Source: an uncultured Phycisphaerales bacterium
Lineage (GTDB): Bacteria > Planctomycetota > Phycisphaerae > Tepidisphaerales > Tepidisphaeraceae
DNA: 64,000 nucleotides
Assembly: GCA_963755915.1 (NCBI GenBank)
Contig: CAVWLP010000002.1
Coordinates: 3,584,001 to 3,648,000 of the forward strand
Direction: 5' to 3'
The stretch's first letter is position 1. Each line of letters starts with the position of its first letter. Made by a program: the position numbers and the translations under genes. This document shows positions 55,979 to 64,000 of the stretch, piece after piece. The notes under the pieces are model-generated. The model saw only the letters and a program-made list of their open reading frames with translations, was not told where the DNA came from and ran no database searches.

Positions 55979-57609
55979 AGCGGCTGATGACGATTGTGGT
56001 GTCGGCAATCATGATCGCCGGCGCTCTGGCCGTGCTCGTCTTCGGACCCAGGCCACACGAAAACTCTGTGCAGGGTCGCGTTCACGTTCAATATTGGGAA
56101 AAATGGACCGGGCTCGAAGCGCAGCAGGCGCAGGAAGTGGTCGACGCGTTCAACAGTACCGTCGGGAAGGAAAAGGGGATTTGGGTCGACATGACGTCGA
56201 TGAGCCAGATCGATCGAAAGACGTTGATCTCGACCGCGGCTGGCGTTCCCCCGGATGTCGCCGGGTTGTGGGATGGGCAGGTCCTGCAATATGCGTCAAT
56301 GAACGCCCTGGAGCCGCTGGACGACTACGCCAGGCAATATGGAATGACGCGGGATAAGTATAAGCCCGTATTTTACGATGGTTGTAAATACAACGGAACC
56401 TTATACGCCATTCCCAGCACCGTATGGTGTATCGCGCTCCTCTGGAATAAGGCTGTGTTCCTGGAAAAAGCGGCGGAAATTCGTGCCGCGGGTCTGGACC
56501 CCGACCGCGCGCCGCAGACCATCGACGAATTGGACAAATATGCCGCGGCGATCGACACGTGGGAGGGCAGCGGCAAAGACCGACGGCTGAAGTTGACCGG
56601 ATATATCCCGCTTGAGCCGGGAACGGCAACCAATGAGATGGGATATTGGTTTGGCGCGCCAGTCGCCGATCCGACGGGGACCAGAGTGCTACTTAATTCG
56701 CCGGAAATGATGCGGACTTACAACTGGATTCGCGGTTACAGCGAGCGGCTGGGAGAGCGGCAGTTGGAGGAATTTCGCAGCGGCATGAGCGCGGGGGCGA
56801 CGAGCCTCTTCGATACGCCCCAGAACCCCTTTCTCGTGGGATGGAATTCCATGGTCGCCCAGGGGCCGTGGATGGCGGCGTTCATAGAGAAATACGATTC
56901 GCAGTTCGATCGGTGGCATGTGCCGGCGGATCAGCTCAAGCGGGAAGCGGATTTCGGATTGATCCGTCCGGGGATGACCCTTGACGATGTTCGCAAAATC
57001 CTGGGGACGGAAGACTCGCAATCGGGTGAAACCCGGCAGTGGCGCGCGGGGATCAAGAATGTCAACATCACCTTCGCTGATGGGATCGTGACCGACGCCC
57101 AATGCCCCCTACTGCCTGCCGAGCAGCGAAAGCAATATTGCCAGTGGGGCGCCGCGCCCTTTCCCTCGGCCGTCCCGGGGCTCGATGACGTAACCTATGC
57201 CGGAATGGATGTCTGGGTGATCCCCAGCACGTCCAAGCACAAGAAGGAGGCATTTGAATTCATCGCCTTCGCGAGCCGGCAGGACCAGATCGAGAAGCTC
57301 GCCTCGCTGCACTACAACCTGTCGCCGCTGAAAGAGGAGAGCTTCGAGTATCGGGACTCTCATCCCAATGCCTACATCGACGTATACGAGAAGCTCGCAT
57401 CAAGCCCCAACGCGCGCCCGATTCCGCGTCTAATTAATTGGCAGCAGATCAGTGACGAGCTAACCCAGGCGGCCCAGCGCTCGGAAGAACTCGAAGGCAC
57501 CACGAAAGAAATTCTGGATCAGACTCAAGCTCGAGGGCAGCGCGAATTGAACAAGGCATTGGGCCTGCCCGAGGATTCGAACCTGGCGCTCAGCGGCGCG
57601 AGTGATTGA
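55975..57609 (+). CDS. Sugar ABC transporter substrate-binding protein
   Basis: N-terminal anchor, YWEKWTG, GVPPDV, LEPLDDY, LYAIP, PQTIDEL, QGPW. Confidence 0.88.
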   Translation: MKRLMTIVVSAIMIAGALAVLVFGPRPHENSVQGRVHVQYWEKWTGLEAQQAQEVVDAFNSTVGKEKGIWVDMTSMSQIDRKTLISTAAGVPPDVAGLWDGQVLQYASMNALEPLDDYARQYGMTRDKYKPVFYDGCKYNGTLYAIPSTVWCIALLWNKAVFLEKAAEIRAAGLDPDRAPQTIDELDKYAAAIDTWEGSGKDRRLKLTGYIPLEPGTATNEMGYWFGAPVADPTGTRVLLNSPEMMRTYNWIRGYSERLGERQLEEFRSGMSAGATSLFDTPQNPFLVGWNSMVAQGPWMAAFIEKYDSQFDRWHVPADQLKREADFGLIRPGMTLDDVRKILGTEDSQSGETRQWRAGIKNVNITFADGIVTDAQCPLLPAEQRKQYCQWGAAPFPSAVPGLDDVTYAGMDVWVIPSTSKHKKEAFEFIAFASRQDQIEKLASLHYNLSPLKEESFEYRDSHPNAYIDVYEKLASSPNARPIPRLINWQQISDELTQAAQRSEELEGTTKEILDQTQARGQRELNKALGLPEDSNLALSGASD

Positions 57610-58504
57610 GGCAAAAACGATGGCCCGGGAAGTTCGCAATTTCGGCAAAGGCATGGCGTTCCTCTCGCCATGGCTGGCGGGGTTTCTAATTTTCACGCTA
57701 ACGCCGATCGTCCTGCTGTTTTATTACAGCCTGACCAAATTCGATCTGCTCCAGCATCCGCGGTTTGTAGGTGCGGGGAATTACGCCGATTTAATGAAGG
57801 ACGGGCTGTTCTGGAAGGCGACGGTAAACACGTTTTATTACACCGCGATGGCGCTGCCGGCGGGATTACTTGTGTCGCTGGGTTTGGCGCTGCTTCTGAA
57901 CACCGACATTCCCGGACGCGCGGTGTGGCGGACGATCATATTCATGCCCTCGCTGGTACCGATCGTTTCGACGGCGATGGTTTGGATGTGGCTGCTGAAT
58001 CCGCGCCTGGGGCTGATCAACGGAATCCTGCAAGCCTTGCACATTCCGCGCGCGCCGTGGCTCTCCGACCCGCTTTGGGCCATGCCCACGCTGGCGATGA
58101 TGAGCCTCTGGGGTGTCGGTAATTCCGTGGTGATCTATCTCGCGGGGTTGCAGGACGTTCCCGTGGAATTGTACGAAGCCGCCGAACTCGACGGCGCGGG
58201 CCTGATCGGACGCGTCTGGCACGTGACGATTCCCATACTCTCTCCTGTAATCTTCTTCAACGTGGTGATGGCGATCATCGGGGCGCTACAGGTTTTTGAC
58301 GTACCGTTCATCATGACCAGCGGCGGCCCCGTGCACATGACCTATTTTCTCTCCATGTATCTTTACGACAACGCGTTCGTCTATCTTCAGATGGGCTACG
58401 CGAGCGCGATGGCCTGGATCATGCTCCTTTTTGTCATGGCGATGACCGGCGTCGCATTTCTGTTTGGCAGGCGGCTGGTGCACTATCAGGGGAAAGCGAC
58501 ATGA
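57602..58504 (+). CDS. Sugar ABC transporter permease
   Basis: FLSPWLAGF, EAA loop LYEAAELDGAG, MGYASAMAW. Confidence 0.93.
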   Translation: MIEAKTMAREVRNFGKGMAFLSPWLAGFLIFTLTPIVLLFYYSLTKFDLLQHPRFVGAGNYADLMKDGLFWKATVNTFYYTAMALPAGLLVSLGLALLLNTDIPGRAVWRTIIFMPSLVPIVSTAMVWMWLLNPRLGLINGILQALHIPRAPWLSDPLWAMPTLAMMSLWGVGNSVVIYLAGLQDVPVELYEAAELDGAGLIGRVWHVTIPILSPVIFFNVVMAIIGALQVFDVPFIMTSGGPVHMTYFLSMYLYDNAFVYLQMGYASAMAWIMLLFVMAMTGVAFLFGRRLVHYQGKAT

Positions 58505-59430
58505 GCACGATTCGAGTGACTTCCTCGCCTATTGTGGCCACGGGCGCGCTCCTGACGCCGGTCGTGGCGCGTCGGAAGGCGCGCAAAAACGCAGCCAATC
58601 GCGCACTGGCGCTGATCGCCATCATCGTTATTTGCGCGGGTTATCTGCTGCCGTTTGTGTGGATGCTGTCGACGAGTCTCAAGCGTGTGGACCAAACGAT
58701 GACCAATCCGCCGCGGCTGATTCCCAATCCGGTTGAGCCGGGAAACTACTGGAAGGTGATCACCTCGGATCGGATGGATTTCCCGTTGTACACGCGGAAC
58801 ACGCTGGTGATCGCGGGGCTAACGGTACTGGGGACGACGATTTCCAGCGCGATCGTGGCGTATGGATTCGCGAAGATCCGCTTTCGCGGGAGGAGCGTGC
58901 TGTTTGCGATCATGCTTTCGACGATGATGATTCCGTTTCCGGTTATGATGGTGCCGCTGTTCATTGTCTTTCGGTTCATCGGCGACCATACACCGCTGCA
59001 GATGCTGGGAACATTCAAGCCGTTGTGGTTGCCGGCTTGGTTTGGCAACGCGTTCAGCATTTTCCTTCTGCGGCAATTCTTCCTGACGATTCCGGACGAC
59101 ATCGGCGAGGCGGCGCGGATCGACGGATGCACGGAATGGGGCATTTTCTGGCGGATCATGTTGCCATTGAGCCGGCCGGCGCTGGCGGTCGTTGCGCTGT
59201 TTTCGTTTATGTGGGCGTGGAACAATTTTCTCGGCCCGCTGCTGTTTTTGCAGCAGCCCGACCAGTACACGCTGGCGCTGGGATTACAGGCGTATCAGAG
59301 CCAGCAAGGGGGCACAGATTGGAATCTGCTGATGGCGGCGTCGATGCTGATCATGCTGCCGGTGATCATGCTGTTCTTCCTGGCGCAGAAGACATTTATC
59401 CGGGGAATCGCGACAACGGGGCTGAAGTAG
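58501..59430 (+). CDS. Sugar ABC transporter permease
   Basis: AYGFAK, FLLRQFF, EAARIDG, WNNFLGPL, FIRGIATTGLK. Confidence 0.93.
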   Translation: MSTIRVTSSPIVATGALLTPVVARRKARKNAANRALALIAIIVICAGYLLPFVWMLSTSLKRVDQTMTNPPRLIPNPVEPGNYWKVITSDRMDFPLYTRNTLVIAGLTVLGTTISSAIVAYGFAKIRFRGRSVLFAIMLSTMMIPFPVMMVPLFIVFRFIGDHTPLQMLGTFKPLWLPAWFGNAFSIFLLRQFFLTIPDDIGEAARIDGCTEWGIFWRIMLPLSRPALAVVALFSFMWAWNNFLGPLLFLQQPDQYTLALGLQAYQSQQGGTDWNLLMAASMLIMLPVIMLFFLAQKTFIRGIATTGLK

Positions 59431-60649
59431 TTTGTTTTCGGCTCTGCGATGCGATTTTTTGTTTTCGGGCACGCAGTACAAACCGTATCCTTGACTTTCC
59501 AGATTCGCAGTCCATTCAAGTTATACTTTAGGAGTCGTGAAGGAACCGATCTGCTTCGAGCAGGCCGCGCGTGGCCACCAAGCGTTATTGGGAAGTCGTG
59601 TTCGGCACGTTTGGGGAGGCGTTCATATAGACTGTACTGCTTTCTGTCGCTGCGGATTTGAATGGAAACATGGTCCGTCGCCACTGTGGACGACGAGGCC
59701 CATTTCGCGTCATCCTGGCTGGGCCGCCAATATGAGGCGGCGAATTCGAAATCAGGTTCCGATTCGAATGCTGGGATTAAAAACCGCGGCATTGCCCGCA
59801 AGTTGGCCGGCGACTAACAACTAACAACGCGACGGCAGTGGGGGGGTGCTGTGAATCCATCGCGACCGAGACCGCGCGATCCCTCCCCCGATGGGCTGAT
59901 TTCACCGAGTTATCACGACCGATGTCACGGGCGCGAAGTTGAAAGCTTTGCGCCTTGATAGCTAAAGGGCCGGTGATCTGGATTGCTGGATTGGGCCACG
60001 AACAAGATCTACGGATATGGCTGGTTTGGAGGCGCCAAAGGGACCGAGCCCGTTCAAGTATCCTGACGCAATTTGCCTAGAAATTTAGCGCTATCGAACG
60101 GTGCCGGTTTGTCGTTTACATTCTCGATCCGGACAACCGAAGAATCGTCTGGGCCATTCGCAATTTGCCATGAACTGTTGGGGAGCCTGCACATTTCTCA
60201 GCGGGTTTTGCGCCAGGACCAATCGTGAGAAAGGCGATAGCCCAATGCAATTAATTTTTATAGTTATTTAGCGCCACAGGGGCGGGATTGCCGATTTATT
60301 TCCCTCCCCTTTTATCAGGCGTTTTGCACTTACGCGAATGCAAACGAACTCGATTCTCGCCTACCGGATTCATTTAATCAGAATTGCTAGCCTTTGTGAT
60401 CCTCGACTATGGCCATACGATTCATAATGTGCTTGTGGACCGCAATTTTGACCGGGATCCGGATAGCCAACACAGCCCAAATCCCGCATCGCGCTCGCAC
60501 CCAACGCACGTCCGATAATATTTTTCTTGATATGCAGCTCGGTGGCGGGCATAATTTGGTTCGCTCTAATTGCATCCAACGGTTTCTCCGACGGTGCGGA
60601 AACCATTTCGTTCACTGTTTCCGGGCATCGGGAAGGGAGAGAAGCAGTG

Positions 60650-61494
60650 ATGAAATCCACATTTCCGGGCAACGGGTTGTTTTTTTTCGGCGGTTTCGGC
60701 AAAGCGAAGTCGGCGCGGTTTTCGGCGCTGGCGATCGCGGTTCTGTGCTGCGCGTGTTTGGCTTTGCGGGCGGCGGGGGATACGGTGGATGCAGGGTGGG
60801 ATTTGTTTCAAACCCAGAGCGGCAGCGAGTTGTCCGGCGCCGCGCTGGTCGGCGTGCCGCTGCAAACGTTTAACTTCGGCGGCACCATCGGCGTTCAAAA
60901 TGTGGGCGTTACCGACACGATCGTTCAACGGCTAGCGGGCGCAACGATCCCAGCCCCGGCACGGGCACCGGCAGCGCCACGGTTAATACTCAAATGGTCG
61001 CCATGCAGCTCATGACTGCCAGTGCGACGACCTTCGGCGGCATGTTCCCGTTGGACACCTATTACATCACGCTTGATCCAATCACCCCGTCCACCGGTAC
61101 GCTGAACATCAACTTCAATACCACCGACACTGGCGGAACCTTTACTTCCGCCCTGGACGTCGTTTTCGACATCCACGCCGGCAGCCTCACCGGAACTGTT
61201 GTGGGTACCGACAGTCTAACCCTCTCCAGCGGCAGCGAGCCCTGGCAACGACCGCCAACTCCCGGGGCGATCGTGATCGATGGCGTCAACCATAATCTCG
61301 ACGGCACGGACATCAATTCGGATTTCTGGCCGGGGCCGCAGTTGCCGACGATGGACGAGTTCCTTGCCGGCAAATTCAACCAGTCCCTCGACAACACCGC
61401 CGCCGTACCGCTGCCGTCTTCGCTATGGGCCGGGGCCGTCCTCTTCTGCGGGATCGCCGGCATCAAGCTCTACCGCCGCCAATTCTCGGCCTGA
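60650..61494 (+). CDS. Surface protein with VPLPxxxWxG-type C-terminal sorting signal (frameshift near 60950)
   Basis: Signal-like N-terminus, DTIVQRL, and C-terminal AVPLPSSLWAGAVLF..YRRQ. Confidence 0.75.
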
Positions 61495-62107
61495 GGAATT
61501 GTGCAAGAACAACTTGGCAGAAGCCCCCACCCCAACTCTTCTCCGGAGTACCCAACATTTTTTTGGCTCCGCGCTTTATTTTTGCTCGCGCTTCGAGGCC
61601 TTCCGGCTGTGGCCAACGTTGATGGATAAGGGCATTCGAAGTCTCCTTGCCCGGCTGGGGCGGTGAAAAGCGACGACAAAAACAGGAATTCGGCGATCGC
61701 TGATGGCGATCGGAACCGCTCATGTATCATTGCGCAAAACGGGCGGAAATTTAGCGGTTGAACTCGATCGATTGCGGGCGGACATGGTGTCCGTCCATGA
61801 GGACCCCAATTATGTAATTGATGACGTCTGTGTCGGCCGGAAAGAGCCGAGACGTCCGAAAACGAAACGTTGTACTCCTGGCCGCCTTGAAACAGTGCGG
61901 AAGCCGCCAAGCGATAAGTTGTGTTTTCCTCCGGTAAGTTTACGTTCCGAGCGACCCGTATTGTACGGGTTTGCGCTTCGCAGATTACTGAAAAAGGCTG
62001 AAAAAGCATGCGACAGTATAAGAAGGCTTGCGAAGCGCATCGGACGCAGTAAAATGCTCGGAAATTCCAAGTGATTTCGCGCTTTTTGGCGCTGCTTTTC
62101 ATCAAGA

Positions 62108-63418
62108 TCAAACCCGTAAGGTCACAGGTTCGAGCCCTGTATCGCCCATTTCCACTTCTTCGCATTGCGTCGCATCATTTCGCACAGTATCGCAAGCTCC
62201 GGCAGATGGAGCATTTGCGGAATCTGAGCCGGAACATGGTGCGACATGCTGCGACGCCTTGCGAGCAGATGCTGCACCGGATTCTGCACCGCCTGTCTCA
62301 GACGCTGCTTCCGCCGCCTTTGCAAAATGCTCATCGGTGATCTGAAGGTAGTGATCGCGCGCTACCACCTCGCTGTTGCCAATCCAGGCACAGACCACAT
62401 GAGCAGGCCAGCTTTCCGTCAGTTCCGTCTGCCGTGACGACCGAAGATTCTGAAAGAGCTTTGGCCACGGCTCGATCCCGGCTTTGGCAAGAATCCGGAG
62501 GAATTGCGTGCGAATGTTGACGGCCGGATTGCGGTATCGGGTGATGACATACGTGGCGCCCTCTTCCGCCTGGGCGAACGCTTTCAAAAGGTGTGATTTG
62601 AGTTCAGGAAACAGCGGAATGAGCCTCGACTCTTTCCCGACGTGGTGCTCCGTCTTGCTCGCCCGGATGAGAATTTTCGATTGATCCCACAGCACGTCGC
62701 CCCAGCGAAGCGCCAGGACTTCACTCGGCACCCTCACGCCCCCGTACCGTGCCAGTGCAATGATTAGTTTCCACTCGACATCAGGAGCCGCGGCAATCGC
62801 CTTCTCGATTACCGCCCGACTGATAAAACGCTGCCGCTGCGGGTTCTTCTGCGACCCCGCCTTAACCTTTGAAAAGGGACTTTTCGCAATCCGCTCACCA
62901 TCGACAGCATCTTTGAAGAATTGACGTGCACGGAGCACGATTTTTGCCACATAGGCCGAGGAATGCTTCGCCGAGAGGTCCCGTTTGAAATCCAATGCGT
63001 CGGCAACGGTGATCGTATGGACCGACTTATCCTTCCCAAAAAACTTAACCAGCTTATCCCGTGATTGCTTGAGGGTCGTGATTGACCACGGCTTCATATC
63101 GGCCCGTCGGCGGTCGATGTAATCATCCACCATTTTTGCCAGGGTGAGAGGACCGTCGCTCGAATGTTTTCGGGCGGACGTTAGACGGGTACGCGCCAAA
63201 CGGTCGTGCAATTCGTCGCTGATAGAAGCCAGCCAGTTGACCGTATCGACGTGCAATGGCATTCCCGTCTTGATTGCCCCGATCAGGCGTTCGACATGCA
63301 GCTTGACCCCTTCGGCTGTCCGCTGGTCGCACTTGCCGAGTCGAACGCTCCGGCGTTTCTCATCAAGTCCCACAAACTGAATCGCTCTTCGCCCGCTTTC
63401 ATTGGTGATGCTCGCCAT
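62108..63418 (-). CDS. Tyrosine recombinase/integrase
   Basis: RYGGVRVPSE (Arg), KTEHH (Lys), FQNLRSSR, WIGNS, HYLQ (Tyr). The ORF reads through the tRNA fragment (MGDTGLEPVT). Confidence 0.92.
   Translation of the reverse strand: MASITNESGRRAIQFVGLDEKRRSVRLGKCDQRTAEGVKLHVERLIGAIKTGMPLHVDTVNWLASISDELHDRLARTRLTSARKHSSDGPLTLAKMVDDYIDRRRADMKPWSITTLKQSRDKLVKFFGKDKSVHTITVADALDFKRDLSAKHSSAYVAKIVLRARQFFKDAVDGERIAKSPFSKVKAGSQKNPQRQRFISRAVIEKAIAAAPDVEWKLIIALARYGGVRVPSEVLALRWGDVLWDQSKILIRASKTEHHVGKESRLIPLFPELKSHLLKAFAQAEEGATYVITRYRNPAVNIRTQFLRILAKAGIEPWPKLFQNLRSSRQTELTESWPAHVVCAWIGNSEVVARDHYLQITDEHFAKAAEAASETGGAESGAASARKASQHVAPCSGSDSANAPSAGACDTVRNDATQCEEVEMGDTGLEPVTLRV
62112..62148 (+). other. 3' fragment of a tRNA (probably Val), att core
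   Basis: T-arm ACAGG-TTCGAGC-CCTGT and acceptor 3' strand ATCGCCCA. No D-arm or 5' acceptor strand lies upstream. Confidence 0.8.
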
Positions 63419-63421
63419 GAC

Positions 63422-63631
63422 TCATGCTCCAGATTCAACCTGCTGCCGCGTCCAATTTTCCAAATCGACCACGCGATACCGAACGCTTTTACCGATACGC
63501 ACCGCCGGGATTATTCGATCCCGCGTCAGTTGCCAGAGTGTCCTCGGGCTGACGCAAAGCCGTCGAGCGGCTTCGCGGCAATCCACCAAAATGACGGATG
63601 CGGGACTGCTGTTCGGCTTTCTCATCATCAT
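63422..63631 (-). CDS. Excisionase-like HTH protein
   Basis: LVDCREAARRLCVSPRTLWQL...IPAVRIGKSVRY...LENW, immediately upstream of the integrase. Confidence 0.85.
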   Translation of the reverse strand: MMMRKPNSSPASVILVDCREAARRLCVSPRTLWQLTRDRIIPAVRIGKSVRYRVVDLENWTRQQVESGA

Positions 63632-63733
63632 ACGATCTCTGCGAACGGACGGATCAAATGACTTGACGGATTCCTTCCGCAATCCCCGCGCGGCTTCGCG
63701 CGGTGCGGTGTCCTTCAAACAATATCTGTATAG

Positions 63734-63770
63734 AAAAAAAGGGCGGGATGGCCTTGGCCACATCCCGCCC
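63734..63770 (-). terminator. Intrinsic terminator upstream of xis-int
   Basis: GGGCGGGATG/CATCCCGCCC 10-bp stem followed by T7 on the minus strand. Confidence 0.75.
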
Positions 63771-63786
63771 GCCGGATTCGACCCGA

Positions 63787-63912
63787 CTACGCTTCAGGTA
63801 GATTGGTCCCGTCGGGCTTATCCTTGGCCTTCACAGGCTCTTCGCTCATTTTGTTCGACAGGCCCTTCATCAAAATGAGAAAGGCCAGCAGGATCAATAA
63901 CAGCGTCGTCAT
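63787..63912 (-). CDS. 41-aa single-TM small protein
   Basis: AAGGA RBS; MTTLLLILLAFLILMKGLSNKMSEEPVKAKDKPDGTNLPEA; followed by a terminator. Confidence 0.5.
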   Translation of the reverse strand: MTTLLLILLAFLILMKGLSNKMSEEPVKAKDKPDGTNLPEA

Positions 63913-64000
63913 TGGTGTTTCCTTTCTTAAAATGTTGCTGCCGGCTTACAGGTCCATTCCCCCATCATCCCGCCCACGCTCATCCCGGTCGGCGCCGGCA

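Noticed and set aside
62075-62150. Complete tRNA gene
   Set aside because: No 5' acceptor strand (GGGCGAT) or D-arm lies upstream; only the 3' part is present.
1-64000. CRISPR array or cas genes
   Set aside because: No regularly spaced short direct repeats and no Cas-like ORFs were seen.

Overview
This is a GC-rich bacterial window whose gene content points to Planctomycetota, probably Phycisphaerae/Tepidisphaerales-like. The evidence is DUF1559-type prepilin proteins, LExRxLL leader motifs, PEP-CTERM proteins with dockerin-like tails and a planctomycete-type tyrosine integrase. Most of 15-59 kb is two parallel glycan-utilisation regulons. Each has its own regulator with a repeated operator visible in the DNA, a prepilin-like protein plus a conserved small membrane partner, surface proteins and CAZymes. 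The left 15 kb is mosaic. It holds a 5'-truncated group II-like reverse transcriptase followed by about 400 nt of stacked hairpins, two head-to-head junctions of 5'-truncated genes, and two fluoride riboswitches with no fluoride exporter. It also holds a twice-repeated ~200 bp element with a long palindrome, a group II intron 5' remnant and a complete IS4-family element with a 9-bp target duplication. The right end is an integrase/excisionase module next to a 3' tRNA fragment (att). Many genes carry single-base frameshifts, most likely sequencing or assembly indels. All family calls come from motif recognition by eye, not database searches.
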